From Octopus vulgaris (Eukaryota), in the NCBI GenBank assembly GCA_951406725.2, contig OX597825.1, positions 1,922,001-1,986,000 on the forward strand: a stretch of 64,000 nucleotides of DNA, read 5' to 3'. A program made the position numbers and the translations under genes. Below, in pieces: positions 41,394 to 52,779 of this stretch; position 1 is the stretch's first letter; every line of letters begins with the position of its first letter. The notes under the pieces are model-generated. The model saw nothing but the letters and a program-made list of their open reading frames with translations, was not told where the DNA came from and did no database searches.

Positions 41394-42197
41394 TACAAAA
41401 TAATAAAGAAAATACACGTTCAAGATTTTTGTTTTCCACTATCTCAGCAATTCCGTGTGTATTTGCTGCAAAGCAGGGAAGGCAAAATTGGTTTCCATGT
41501 CCATCTCTCGAACATAGACAATTGTTCCCACCAAACTGTGCATTTGTACGCACGTACACGCTTTACAATAAACACACAAAGGAGAAAACGTGCGCGCACA
41601 AGGTTTTTCAAAATGGATTTGAATGCAAATTTTTTCAACTGAAGAAATTAATCTTTAATAGCACATACTTAAAAATTGTGCATTTGCTAAGATAGTCAAA
41701 ACGGATTTTATCGATGGCTACTCGTATGGATGTGTACATTTCAGGGTAGCCTAGGAATCACAGTTCTATAATTTCATGCCGAACGAGCAGCTTAGATTAT
41801 TTGATTTTAGGGATCCAACGATTGTACTGCAATAAGCTCACCCCCGCTATGAAACCAACATTGCCTGTACAGAGGGATGGTGTGCCACACGTCAGATGTC
41901 GAAGTGGCCATATTTGCGCACAAGCACATTTCTGAGCATATCTAGAAGAACAATTCAAACTAATGGAAGCGTTGCAGACTTTGAGCTGCACAAGTCATGT
42001 ATATCGTATTTATAAAAGAAGCGAAATCTGATGTTGTGGGTTGAATATATTTTGTTCCTAATATTGGATTAGTAAATTTATTAGTTTGAGATTAGGATGT
42101 AGAATAAACTCTCTTTGGTTGCTTCTCTTGTGAAGCAGTATCAATGAACTAATGAATTTATGTATATATATAGTTCTGGTTGCCAGGATCTATATAC

Positions 42198-42745
42198 ATA
42201 GATCCTGGCAAAAGTTCTTTCCATCTGAGAAGAGCAGATCATCTGCATCATCTCGATATGATGCCTTTGCTTGTTCAGGAGCTTCTCTGTCTTCATCAAG
42301 TGGCTCTTGGTCTTGGCTATCAAAATTTGTCCCTAGCGCCTCTTGCAGGATCGAAGGTCCTCTCGCAGGGCCAGCTCCATGGTGGCGACTCCAAAGCTCA
42401 GATTCCTTTGCTCGGATTCCTCTGCTCATATCTTATCCTGTAGTTCTTGAATGAATTCCGGCGTTCGGACGCAATCAGCCGACCGCAGCTTTGTCGTCTC
42501 CGTTGATGCTGGACATGTCACGTCTTACAGCCTTTACAGTGTTCACACAACATTGATCTGTAGTCATGATGTCAGCATTTGGATACCTGCTGCAAATCAT
42601 TCTGATGCAGGTAACACTTTTCCAATTTTCAGATGACTTCCAGTCCTCCATATCCCCCACAACTTTAATCTTTATGCTCTCCAGCGCTGTTGTTCCTGAA
42701 AACAGGAGGCACAAACACCTTAAGATTTAGCGCTAATACTCTCTG
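42198..42745 (-). mobile_element. Tc1/mariner-superfamily transposon (maT/DD37D-like), 5' half
   Basis: From ATG at 42651, with frameshifts: MEDWKSSENWK...NADIMTT...NTVKAVR...DCVRTPEFIQELQDKI...TMELALREDLR..KRR*GQIL..KTK...KLLNK...FSDGKNFCQD (like FSDEKxF, the first catalytic Asp). Confidence 0.85.
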
Positions 42746-42797
42746 TCTGTGTGTCTGTCTATCAGTCTCTTTCTTTCTTTCTCTCTCTCTCTGATAA

Positions 42798-42878
<81 letters not shown>

Positions 42879-42951
42879 TTTGTAAGTATGTCTACTTATA
42901 CACAAAAAATATATATATACATACGAATAAAAAAGAATGTAGAGTTCCTTC

Positions 42952-43173
42952 CCCTAGTCATATAGACTCATACGGTCGGTTTCCATGGCGTCCCAACCGG
43001 AGTGGACGCCGGTCTGTTGCAGGATAACCCATTCTTTGCCCGCCGAGTGGTCTGGAGCGACATGAAATGGAGTGTTTCGCTCAAGAACACAATGCATCGC
43101 GCAGTTCAGGAATCGAAATCACAATCTTACGATTATGAGTTCAACACCCTAGCCATTGAGCCACGCGCCTCCA
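42952..43173 (-). mobile_element. tRNA-derived SINE family C
   Basis: Minus-strand head GGAGGCGCGTGGCTCAATGGCTAGGG (A box) ... GATTTCGATTCC (B box), followed by TGTGTTCTTGAGCGAAACACT. Confidence 0.8.
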
Positions 43174-43195
43174 GTATCCAGGAAAATACACACAA

Positions 43196-43229
<34 letters not shown>

Positions 43230-43386
43230 TTTAAAGACTTTTTCTTTCCTTCTGCATAACAAAAGTTTCTATGATGCAATATGACAATCGTTTCTCCAGC
43301 CAACACACACACCACGGCATAATCTATGGCCTAACAATATATTATCGGCGTAATAGCGGCCATATTTGCAACAACAATACATACAA

Positions 43387-43452
43387 ACCTACCTACCTAC
43401 CTACCTACCTACCTACCTACCTACCTACCTACCTACCTACCTACCTACCTAC
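43387..43452. repeat. (CCTA)n microsatellite
   Basis: Read directly from the sequence. Confidence 0.98.
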
Positions 43453-43787
43453 ATACAAATATGATCGTTACTTTTTTTTGTTTTTGGAAGTGCAAATCAT
43501 CTCAGTTGCGGAGGTTTCTCACACAATTGTTGCTTCGGTTGATTAATAACGATAATGAATGGCTTATGTCGCTCAGTAAAGTATATCAGAAAAGTAATAC
43601 CAAAGTGTCTGATGAATACATAAAAAATACATAAAAAAACTTACGACTAAAGTTTAGTTCTTTAGTTTGTTTTAGACATCACAGCGCTTGAGGATCGCTT
43701 ACTGTGGAAGCTGGCTGACGACAAGTGTGTGAAGTCCGCCATATTTGTCTATATCTAACTATTTTCGACCTGTCTACTCACCTAGGC

Positions 43788-44284
<497 letters not shown>

Positions 44285-44448
44285 ACGTTTATGAATTTGC
44301 ATTGCATGATTCCTGATGTGAAGTCGTGCGTTGAAACCGATATTGTTGTATTTCGGGATGGTCATATACTTTCTTCCCCCAAATAATACCCGCACTATAT
44401 ATTCGTTCTTCATTCGTTTATGACTGTTCTATTCTAATTTATGTCTCT

Positions 44449-44495
44449 TGTCCGGAAATCTTTCGTCACACATTTGTGACCTCCTCAGTGACTCT
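44449..44495 (-). ncRNA. Minimal type I hammerhead-ribozyme-like motif (probably a Penelope pLTR remnant)
   Basis: Minus strand reads GAGUCA-CUGAGGA-G-GUCACA-AAUG-UGUGAC-GAAA-GAUUUC-CGGAC. Core boxes and a 6-bp stem II are present; stems I and III are imperfect. Confidence 0.45.
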
Positions 44496-44779
44496 TTCCG
44501 TCTTAGTGTGTGCTCTTGCAGTGCTCATTCCATTCTTGAGAATTTATATTTTAGCTTTCTTTCAACAAACAATATTTTTATGTTTCTTAAAATTATTTTC
44601 AAGTGAATACCATTACAAAACTTTTTTGGTACATTGAAAAACATATTTTAAAGCAAAAATGACTTAAAAAATACGGTAAATATTTCGTAAAAGACCCGTC
44701 CGTAATTTCGGCATGAAATAATCTTTTTCCATAGCATTTTTTTCGAGTGCATTCAACGTATCCCACCGCCAAAGATTAA

Positions 44780-44880
44780 GTTGCTATTTCTAGCACGCCC
44801 TGCTACCACGTAACAACTATTTGCGATAACGGACCCGAAATACCTGTTACGTGGTGGCAGGACGTGCAAGAAATAGCACC
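44780..44880. repeat. Inverted repeat with 36-bp arms (4 mismatches)
   Basis: GTTGCTATTTCTAGCACGCCCTGCTACCACGTAACA (44780-44815) versus TGTTACGTGGTGGCAGGACGTGCAAGAAATAGCACC (44845-44880). Confidence 0.95.
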
Positions 44881-45013
44881 CAAATGTTTCCTCTTCAGGG
44901 GAAAGGAGCCGTTTACGCGTGATTTCTATGTCACATTCATTGAATGCAGCGAAATAACCTGGAAAAGAAACAACACGCGACACAAAACTCCATTGCTGGG
45001 AAACTCAGACTTT

Positions 45014-45044
45014 CCCGGTGACAACGGGTTACGCGAAGCCTAGT
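45014..45044 (+). mobile_element. Helitron-like 3' terminus
   Basis: Short hairpin CCCG-GTGACAA-CGGG, an 11-nt spacer, then CTAG followed by T. Confidence 0.5.
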
Positions 45045-45045
45045 A

Positions 45046-45317
<272 letters not shown>

Positions 45318-45399
45318 TATCATATGCATATTTTATGCATTGGTCTGTTTGTCTGTCAATCTATCTATCTATGTCTATATACTTGCATATATATATATA

Positions 45400-45441
<42 letters not shown>

Positions 45442-45961
45442 TGTAAGTCCGGCGCCCATGACCGAAGAATATCGTCTGCTGCGATCTCTGCGCGTGCTAT
45501 TATACACCACGCACCACCTAACAGAGAATTTCTCGATGCCAATATCGCACTGTTTGGTTTTCTAGCAAGGCGTCCGTTTTGAGTTGAATATAAGAATTTC
45601 TTTTTGGTATTATTACTTCATCCGTCGCTTATAATGAACACACACACACACATACACACGCAAATAAACGTACCACACATACGCACAAAAAGATGTCTAC
45701 GTGCATGCACACACAAATATGGATATCTGCGTGATAAATGTATCTGTAGCCATGCACGTGCTTATATATTTGCCGATGTGTCAAGATGCGTTCGTTTATT
45801 AAGATAAACACGTACATCAGAGATTAGATAAATAGAAATCGATTAAAAACATCATGAAGATGTTAAGATTGTCTAAATCCCATTAAAGGAGGTGCCACAC
45901 CATATTTGCAACTGAAGTCACTAAAAAGAAGTGGAGACACAAATTCACACATGTATGTACG

Positions 45962-46770
45962 ACATTATTCAGTTTTATTTCAAGATTTGTTGCCAATAGA
46001 GAATGAATCGGTTTCTAACCTAGATTCAAGGCTTCTTCATTGGAGTTTTAACAACATAAACAGGGTATTTTTGTATGTGTGTGTGCATGTATGTATACGT
46101 GGAAATTTGTTTTATGTGTGCGTCTTCGTACATATACTTGCATATCTCGACATTTTCATATATACTTAAATGATTAAACTTCTGGAAAGTTTTACAGATT
46201 TTTAGTTCCAGTGGTGCCTTGAATCTGTCGTCTTCGAATTAGCTTTCGCCTTTCTGGTGTTGTGAAGCCTAATTTTTCAAGAGTGGTACTTAGGCAGTGT
46301 GTTACATATCCTAGTGCCTCAATAATTATAGATATTAACCTGAACTTGTAATTTGGGTAGAATAACTGTAGATTTCTCAATGGTTCAGCGTAGGTATTCT
46401 CTTTTTTACTGATCTTCAGCTTTATGTTAACATCCGCTGGGCAACTGATTTCCACAACTGTGCACAGTTTCTCTTCTCTATCTCAAACCATTATATCAGT
46501 TCTGTTGTGTTTACATTTTATTGAGGTCTTCACAAGGGCATTCCATCACTACTCCTTTTTATTATGAGTGACTATGAATTCTACCAAACTGTGGGTTCTT
46601 ATTTCTTTACCCTCAGTGTAATCCTTCCGCCGGATCTCATTTAATAGTGTTCTAGCTACAACATCAGGTCTCATAGATAGTTAATACCGTATTGACATTT
46701 TCGGACGACTGCTTATGATGAGAGGGATTTCTTCGGTGTTAACTTTACGAAGTTTGCATCGGTTTTCGTC
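45962..46770 (-). mobile_element. R4/Dong-like LINE copy 1 (zinc knuckle, RLE endonuclease, 3' UTR)
   Basis: NRCKL...EEIPLIISS (degenerate CCHC), KHNRTDIMV*DREEKLCTVVEISCPADVNI...KENTY...IIIEALGYV; the 3' UTR ends AATAAAACTGAATAATG. Confidence 0.92.
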
Positions 46771-46779
46771 TGTCGTTAC

Positions 46780-47085
46780 GAGATTAAATTTGGAGAATCC
46801 GCGTTAGTTTCTTTCGTTCTTTCCCCGAGATTGTTTGTATAAATGTGTTAGTACATCGCCTAATGCATCTACGATGATAGGTGTAAACGAGGTTTTAATG
46901 TCAGGGCAAGAGCTGTAAGATTCTTATTAATTCGCTATAAATGTTCTCTTTTTATTCTTTTTTTTTAGATGGTATATTCACATCCACTGGGCAGCTGACT
47001 TCTACAACAGTGCATGGCTTTTCGTCCCTGTCCAAAGAACAATATCAGATATGAGATGTTTGCCGAGGAATTGCTGACTTTAAAG
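46780..47085 (-). mobile_element. R4/Dong-like LINE copy 2 (RLE fragment)
   Basis: PCTVVEVSCPVDVNIPSK...ENIYSELIRILQLL...FTPIIVDALG, read across frameshifts. Confidence 0.85.
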
Positions 47086-47189
47086 AAGCGAACATATACG
47101 TCTGTCTGTCTGTATGTATGTATTTACCTACGTACGTCCTGTACGTATATATTTATGTATGTATATTTGTGTGCATGTATGTATGTCTC

Positions 47190-48400
47190 CTGTTTCTCTT
47201 TTTAATTTAGAGTAAATTGTAGCCTGCCACCTACTTGGTAGCATGGTGGTTACGCAAATATCTTGTTCTGTTCATCATTTAAATTTTTAGAAAGTCTTGC
47301 AGATTTTTATAGTTCCGGATATCGTAGTCATTTGTAGTGTGGGAATTAAGTGTAAGCGTTCTCTCACCAAGAACCTAATTTCAGCCACGTTTTGCTCCAG
47401 ATGAGTTGGTATGTATCCTGTTGCTCCATTAATAATAGGTATGAAGCCGAAAGTGATGCTGAGTACTGGATTTACAAACTTCTCATTAATGGTAATAGCT
47501 GTCCTCTTGTATTTTTCTAGCCAAATTGGTGTCTAGAGGGCAGCTGATTTCCACAGCAGAATATATCTTTTCCTTCTGGTCCCACTCAACGATATCTAAC
47601 CAATTGTGTTTCACTTGGTGGTTGTTTTAATTTCTCAGTCCCAGAAATATTCTTTTGACCCAGTCCGTCTCAATATAGTCAACTTCGTCTGCTGTGTTTT
47701 ATTTTTGCTATCGGGTTCCAAACCACTCTGGTCACTGCATCATATCTCATGGGAAGATAACAGGAGGATATTCTCTCGCAGTTGGCAATGATGTGGTTGA
47801 CCTCTTCAGTCTTTGTCTGTCAACGTTTTCTATCTCTTATTCAGTAGGTACTTGGTTGTGGTGGTGGGATCTCTTGTTCTTGAATTGCACGAAGCTAGTC
47901 TTCAAAGAAGGATGTCATACAATCGTCAGTATTCCATGCCAAGCTTTTTACAGGACCGATGCATACTATGGTTTCTGTTTTTTTTTTGTGTTTGCTAAGT
48001 ACCCATGCAGTGAACTCGTCCATTTAAAAAATTATTTTGGTCTTCTGCTTGAGGAGAGATCTGTATCAGTTCTTATTTCATACATCTCATTTTCATTATC
48101 TTAATTATTTTATTGATTTCATAGTCGCAAACTTGAATAAGATAGTTACTGGTCTCTCCTCTGCTGAAGATTGTGTTTCTGTGTCACAATACGTGCTTCA
48201 TGTGACATCAATGCAGATTTCAGTTTACGGGCACCATCCTTGTGTAGGAAGTACAGCCTATCTACATCTCCATTGATGTATTTTCTTGTGACACTGAACA
48301 GTCTGCCAGTTCGAACATATATCTCATTGAGTTCCTACAGTGACCAGTTCAGAAGGCCAAACTTGACCTCAGCGTGATTTGAATACAAAAACAGGAAATA
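47190..48400 (-). mobile_element. R4/Dong-like LINE copy 3 (post-RT region to C-terminus)
   Basis: FGLLNWSL*ELNEI...DVDRLY...SSLHGY...TEEVNHIIANC...YLPMRYD...KHNWLDIVEWDQKEK...VEISCPLDTNL. Confidence 0.88.
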
Positions 48401-48660
48401 ATAAACCTATCACTGTACTTTTGAATCACCACTATCAATATTTGATTTTAGAATGGGTCGATGACACACATCATATTGTGATTGCTTGTGTTGTTTACAT
48501 TAAGTCAGTGGTATAAAAGGTTGACAACAGATCAATATCCACACCCAAGCATGTGTGGGCCACGGTGACATTTATGCATTCAGGGAAAATGTGTGCATAT
48601 TGATCATACTATAAATTTATCTTTCTCCTGTTTGACATTTATATTCTTCAGATATGGACT

Positions 48661-49058
48661 AAGGCGGCGAGCTGGCACAAACGTTAGCAAGCCGGGCGAA
48701 ATGCTTAGCGGTATTCCGTCTGTCGCTACGTTCTGAGTTCAAATTCCGCCGAGGTCGACTTTGCCTTTCATCTATTCAGGGTCGATAAATTAAGTACCAG
48801 TTGCGTACTGGAGTAGATCTAATCGACTTAATCCCTTTGTCTGTCCTTGTTTGTCCTCTCTGCGTTTAGCCCCTTGTGGGTAGTAAAGAAATAGCTATTT
48901 CGTCTGTATTTACGGGCTGTGTTCGAATTCCGCCGAGGTCAACTTTGCATTTCATCCTTTCGGTGTCGAGAAATTATGTACCAGTTGCGTACTGTGGTCG
49001 ATCTAATCCACTGGCCCCCTCCCCCAAAATTTTGGGCCTTGTGCCTAGAGTAGAAAAG
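48661..49058 (+). mobile_element. Dimeric SINE family B insertion with TSD
   Basis: A full monomer to ~48892 followed by a head-less second monomer; flanked by ATTCTTCAGATATGG(A/C)CT at 48643-48660 and 49059-49076. Confidence 0.93.
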
Positions 49059-49437
49059 ATTCTTCAGATATGGCCTGTGGTGCGTTTTCTTTTTGCATTT
49101 TTATGGTGTGAACTGAATGTGTTCGAACATTGATTTAGAAAAAAATTATTTACTTGACTTTGGGTGGGTCAACGTAGAAATAAAAAGTATTGTGGGCTTC
49201 GTTGGAAAATAGTTTGTGCATCAATGCTTCAATAGTCAACTTCAAAATATACACGCAAGTGTACACACACATCAACATTCATGCACACGGGTACTCACGC
49301 GCACACACAGACACATTCTTCTGAGTCCGATTCCTGGGAGGTCAAACTTGCCTGTTATCCTTCTAGTGTCGGTAAAATAAAGTACCAGCCAAGTCATGTC
49401 GTCCAGTTAAAGCACCAACTCTACCATCACAATTTCG

Positions 49438-49802
49438 AACTTCCTCCTCCCCTCCTTATCCCCTCTTTCTCCCTTCCTCCTCCCCTCTTACTTCTTCCCT
49501 CTTCCTCCTCCTCGCCTCTTCCCCTGCTCCTTCTCTCCTCCTCCTTTCTTCTCCTCTCTTCCTCCCCTCCAACTCCTCCTCCACCCTCTCCTCCCCTTCC
49601 TCTTCATATCTCCGTCCCTCGCCTCTTCCTTTTCCACTCTTTCCTCTTCTCCTCCCCTCCTATACCTCTCCCTTCTCACCTCTGTCCCTCTTCCCCTTCC
49701 TTTCCATCCCGTTTCCTCCACCAAATTCTCTCCCCTCTCCACATCTCACTCTCTCTCCTCTTCCACCTCCTTCTGCACTTCATTGCCCTTCTCTTCCTCC
49801 CG
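49438..49802 (+). repeat. Polypyrimidine (C/T) low-complexity tract
   Basis: Read directly from the sequence. Confidence 0.92.
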
Positions 49803-49863
49803 TACCATCACCTTTCGCTGATCTCCAAATTTTTGGCCCCGTCACTATTTTAGAAACTGTTTC

Positions 49864-50058
49864 CGAGTCTAGGACATTTACCCCCCATGGACAATAATCC
49901 CCCCAGGACAATTACCCCCGAGAACAACAGATGATGATTTAAAGCTTCTTAATATATTGGAGAGGGGGTAATTAACTCAGGGGTGTAATTGTCCTAGAGG
50001 GTAGCTATCGTCGGGGGAATTGTCCTATGGGGGTGGGGGTGGTAATTGTCCTGGTACG
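49864..50058. mobile_element. Foldback-type MITE with internally repeated inverted arms
   Basis: Left arm has three GGACA(A/T)T...CCCC units; right arm has about four GGGG..AATT(GTCC) units; CTGTTT(T)C lies on both flanks. Confidence 0.75.
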
Positions 50059-50091
50059 CTGTTTTCATGGTTATTATAGAGACACCTAAAA

Positions 50092-50490
50092 AGGCTGCGC
50101 TGGCATAATTGCTAGCTTGCCGAACAAAATGCTTAGCAGACTGTTGTCCGGTTTTAGATTCTGCAGTCCGAACACTGCCAACATCGACTTTTCCTTTCAA
50201 CCTATTAAGCCCAATAAAATAACTACCAGTCGAACACTGAGGTCAATGGAATCTGCCAAAATTTCAGGTCTTGCACTTGTACCTTTTTTGCACTTGTTGG
50301 CAGAATTGTTTGGTGCCGGCAAAATTACCTTGCGGTATTTATTTAGGTCCCCGTTACATACTGAGTTCAAACCCGGTCAAGATCAACTTCGATTTTCTTC
50401 TGAAACCAAAAAAGTACCAATCAAGTCTTGATTTAATCGACTAACGACATCCTCTGAAATTTCTGAGCCTGTATTGTGTTAAAAAAACCA
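50092..50490 (+). mobile_element. Two tandem degenerate SINE family B copies
   Basis: GGCTGCGCTGGCATAATTGCTAGC...AAATGCTTAGC, then TGGCAGAATTGTT...CTGAGTTCAAACCC. Confidence 0.7.
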
Positions 50491-51319
50491 ACGCTTCTGA
50501 AGATTTTAAAATAGCTCATTGTTAATATTAATATTCATTAAGTCAATCAAGTACTTTAAGTGTTTTTTTACTGAAGAAATTCTCACGCTGGTGATGTACT
50601 ATTTGCTGAGGATTATATAAACAATACTAATCAGGTAGTTTTCAATTAATTTTTCATTAATTTATTTCGTTTTGTTTTATTCATCCTGTTTTAAATTGCA
50701 TGAATCACTGATTAAAAAAAATGTCAATGATGTTGTTTTATCTTTAAAATGTTCGTCTCATTAAGCGGTTTGTTCTGATTCTTCGATGCATTTTTACTGT
50801 ATTTTTTAACGACTCTTCTTTTGTTTTGATCTTCTTACTTTACACTTCCAATGCCATCTTGTCTGTCTATCTTTATCTCTTTCCTTTTTCCTGGTGCTGT
50901 GTTTTTTTCTGTACTCCCTATCTATTTCTCTCTCTTTCTCTCTCTCTATACTTTCTCTCTTTCTCATGATATCTCTGATTTTTCTTAATTATCCATTGTT
51001 TTACTTCATTTTAAAAAGATTCACGCGACAAAATGCTTGTAACAAACCATTTCGTTAATAAATAACAACTGCTCACAAATACTTCCAAAGAAAATTGTCT
51101 TTTGACGCCAAATACCACTGGAAACTTTCTATTAGAAATCGCCTGAAAATTATGCATGCATGCATGCGTGCATGTATGTATGTATGTATGTATGTATGTA
51201 TGTATGTATGTATGTATGTATGTATGTATGTATGTGCTTGAAACGTGGGTGCAGTTTGTATAAAATAAAGCAAAGCTAATAAAAACAACAGCAGAGCAAC
51301 AACAACAATAATAATAATG

Positions 51320-51660
51320 ATTTGACTCTGGTTCGATCTTATTTCTCGTAGAATTTATGCAGGTAGCAGTTAATTACCTGTAACCCTAGGTATCAGCAAG
51401 CTTTCAAGGGCTTAAAACCTGATAATCTTTCCTGTCCCTGAGAGACAAACTTCCCGCAGAAGCTTTACAGGGCATTCTTTTCCAATCTCCGCCAACCATT
51501 TGTCTAATTCTTTACTCACAGTTCCTAATGCACAACTTTTACAGTCTTCATATTGCAAATTCTCACAATTTCAAATTTTAAAAGATTGTATTTAAACAAA
51601 ATTTTTATCCTCTTTTTTACAATCCTGGAATCAAACCTCATGATGGATCAATTAGGAAGC
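51320..51660 (-). mobile_element. R4/Dong (Rex6-like) RLE C-terminal fragment, distinct subfamily
   Basis: FDSRIVKKEDK...KYNLLKFEIVRI...ALGTVSKELDKWLAEIG...LLREVCLSGTGKIIR. Confidence 0.8.
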
Positions 51661-51789
51661 AACTTTGCCTTTCCTCATCTATTATTGTTTATGTATGGTT
51701 TATTTCTATTTTCTAGCCTTTTAAGCATTTGAATAAGAAAGTCCATAAAATTTTACCAAAAGCTTGGGGTTACCTGCTCAGAGGCCTAC

Positions 51790-52382
51790 GTAAAGTTTTC
51801 GAAAAGTTTTCTTCTTTCTTGACACAATCAAGATCTTGTGCAACTGAAACCCGAGTGTCCTTTTGGTCAGCTGAAAGCAGTTTTGGCACAAACTTGGCAG
51901 ACACGTGTCTCATACCCAAATCTTCAGTGATAATGGACTGAACTGAACCGTAACTAATCTGCACATCCTCTGATAACTCACGGATGGTGATTCAACGATT
52001 TCCCCTCACAGCTACCACGTAGTCTGCGATGTTATTTTCAGTTCTGGTGGTTGCGGCTCTACCAGAATGTTCGTCAATATTGACATTTTTTGGCCATCTT
52101 GGAAGCATCTGAACCACTTGTACACTTGTGTGTAACTCATAAACTCCTCTCCATACACTTTCTGCAACTTTGTGTACGCCTCTGAGCAGGTATCGCCATC
52201 TTTCTCTGTCATGGTCAATGTGATGATCACACGCTACACACGTTCTTACCAAGCACTGCTGTAAACAGTGGAAGTGAGCTAGAACTATAAACTTAAGGTC
52301 AATTTTTGCTCTGCGGCTTTACTCTGTGTGCTTTAAATTTGTTACTATGGTGACAGTCCAGATACTTATTGATCAGACTTCG
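51790..52382 (-). mobile_element. mariner 5' remnant with TIR
   Basis: EAYTKLQKVYGEE.MSYTQVYKWFRCFQDG...ISYGSVQSIITEDLGMRHVSAKFVPKLLS; the TIR-like CGAAGTCTGATCAATAAGTATCTGGACTG starts at 52382 on the minus strand. Confidence 0.92.
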
Positions 52383-52779
52383 TGTGTGTGTGTGTGTGTG
52401 TATATGTATGTATGTATGTATATATGTATGATCCTTGTATGCATGCATATGTGTGCGAGTGTGCGTGCGCGTGCATGTCCGTGTCCGTCAGCGTCTGTAT
52501 ATTTGTACGTGGCAATAGCTTTTTGTTCAGACATATAATATTGAAAACACGAGCGTGTTCTGGTCAATATTTTTCAGCGATTATTTTTTCATATATTTTA
52601 TGAGTTACTCCCAGTTTGTTTGGATCAGTAAATATCCTACATCCACCAACAGTCACATTAGCAGACCTGTTCTCGAGAGTTGCTTCTGATTGGTGCAACG
52701 GGACTGGTGCAGACAATACTGCTAAAACATCACCTCTGCCTGTTACTTATACACATCTTCGGTCAAGTGCTTATGAATC

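Noticed and set aside
42190-42714. Apparent host exon after a strong minus-strand acceptor (cctcctgttttcag)
   Set aside because: Frameshift-aware reading shows a maT-like transposase pseudogene; exonisation cannot be excluded but is unsupported.
43090-43173. tRNA-like sequence with A and B boxes
   Set aside because: It has no acceptor stem or cloverleaf and continues into a SINE body, so it was called as a SINE head.
44878-44901. Minus-strand CTGAAGA-G-GAAAC hammerhead-like boxes
   Set aside because: There is no stem II between the boxes, so it is likely chance.
49281-49853. 190-aa Pro/Ser/Leu-rich ORF
   Set aside because: It is a polypyrimidine tract plus a SINE fragment.
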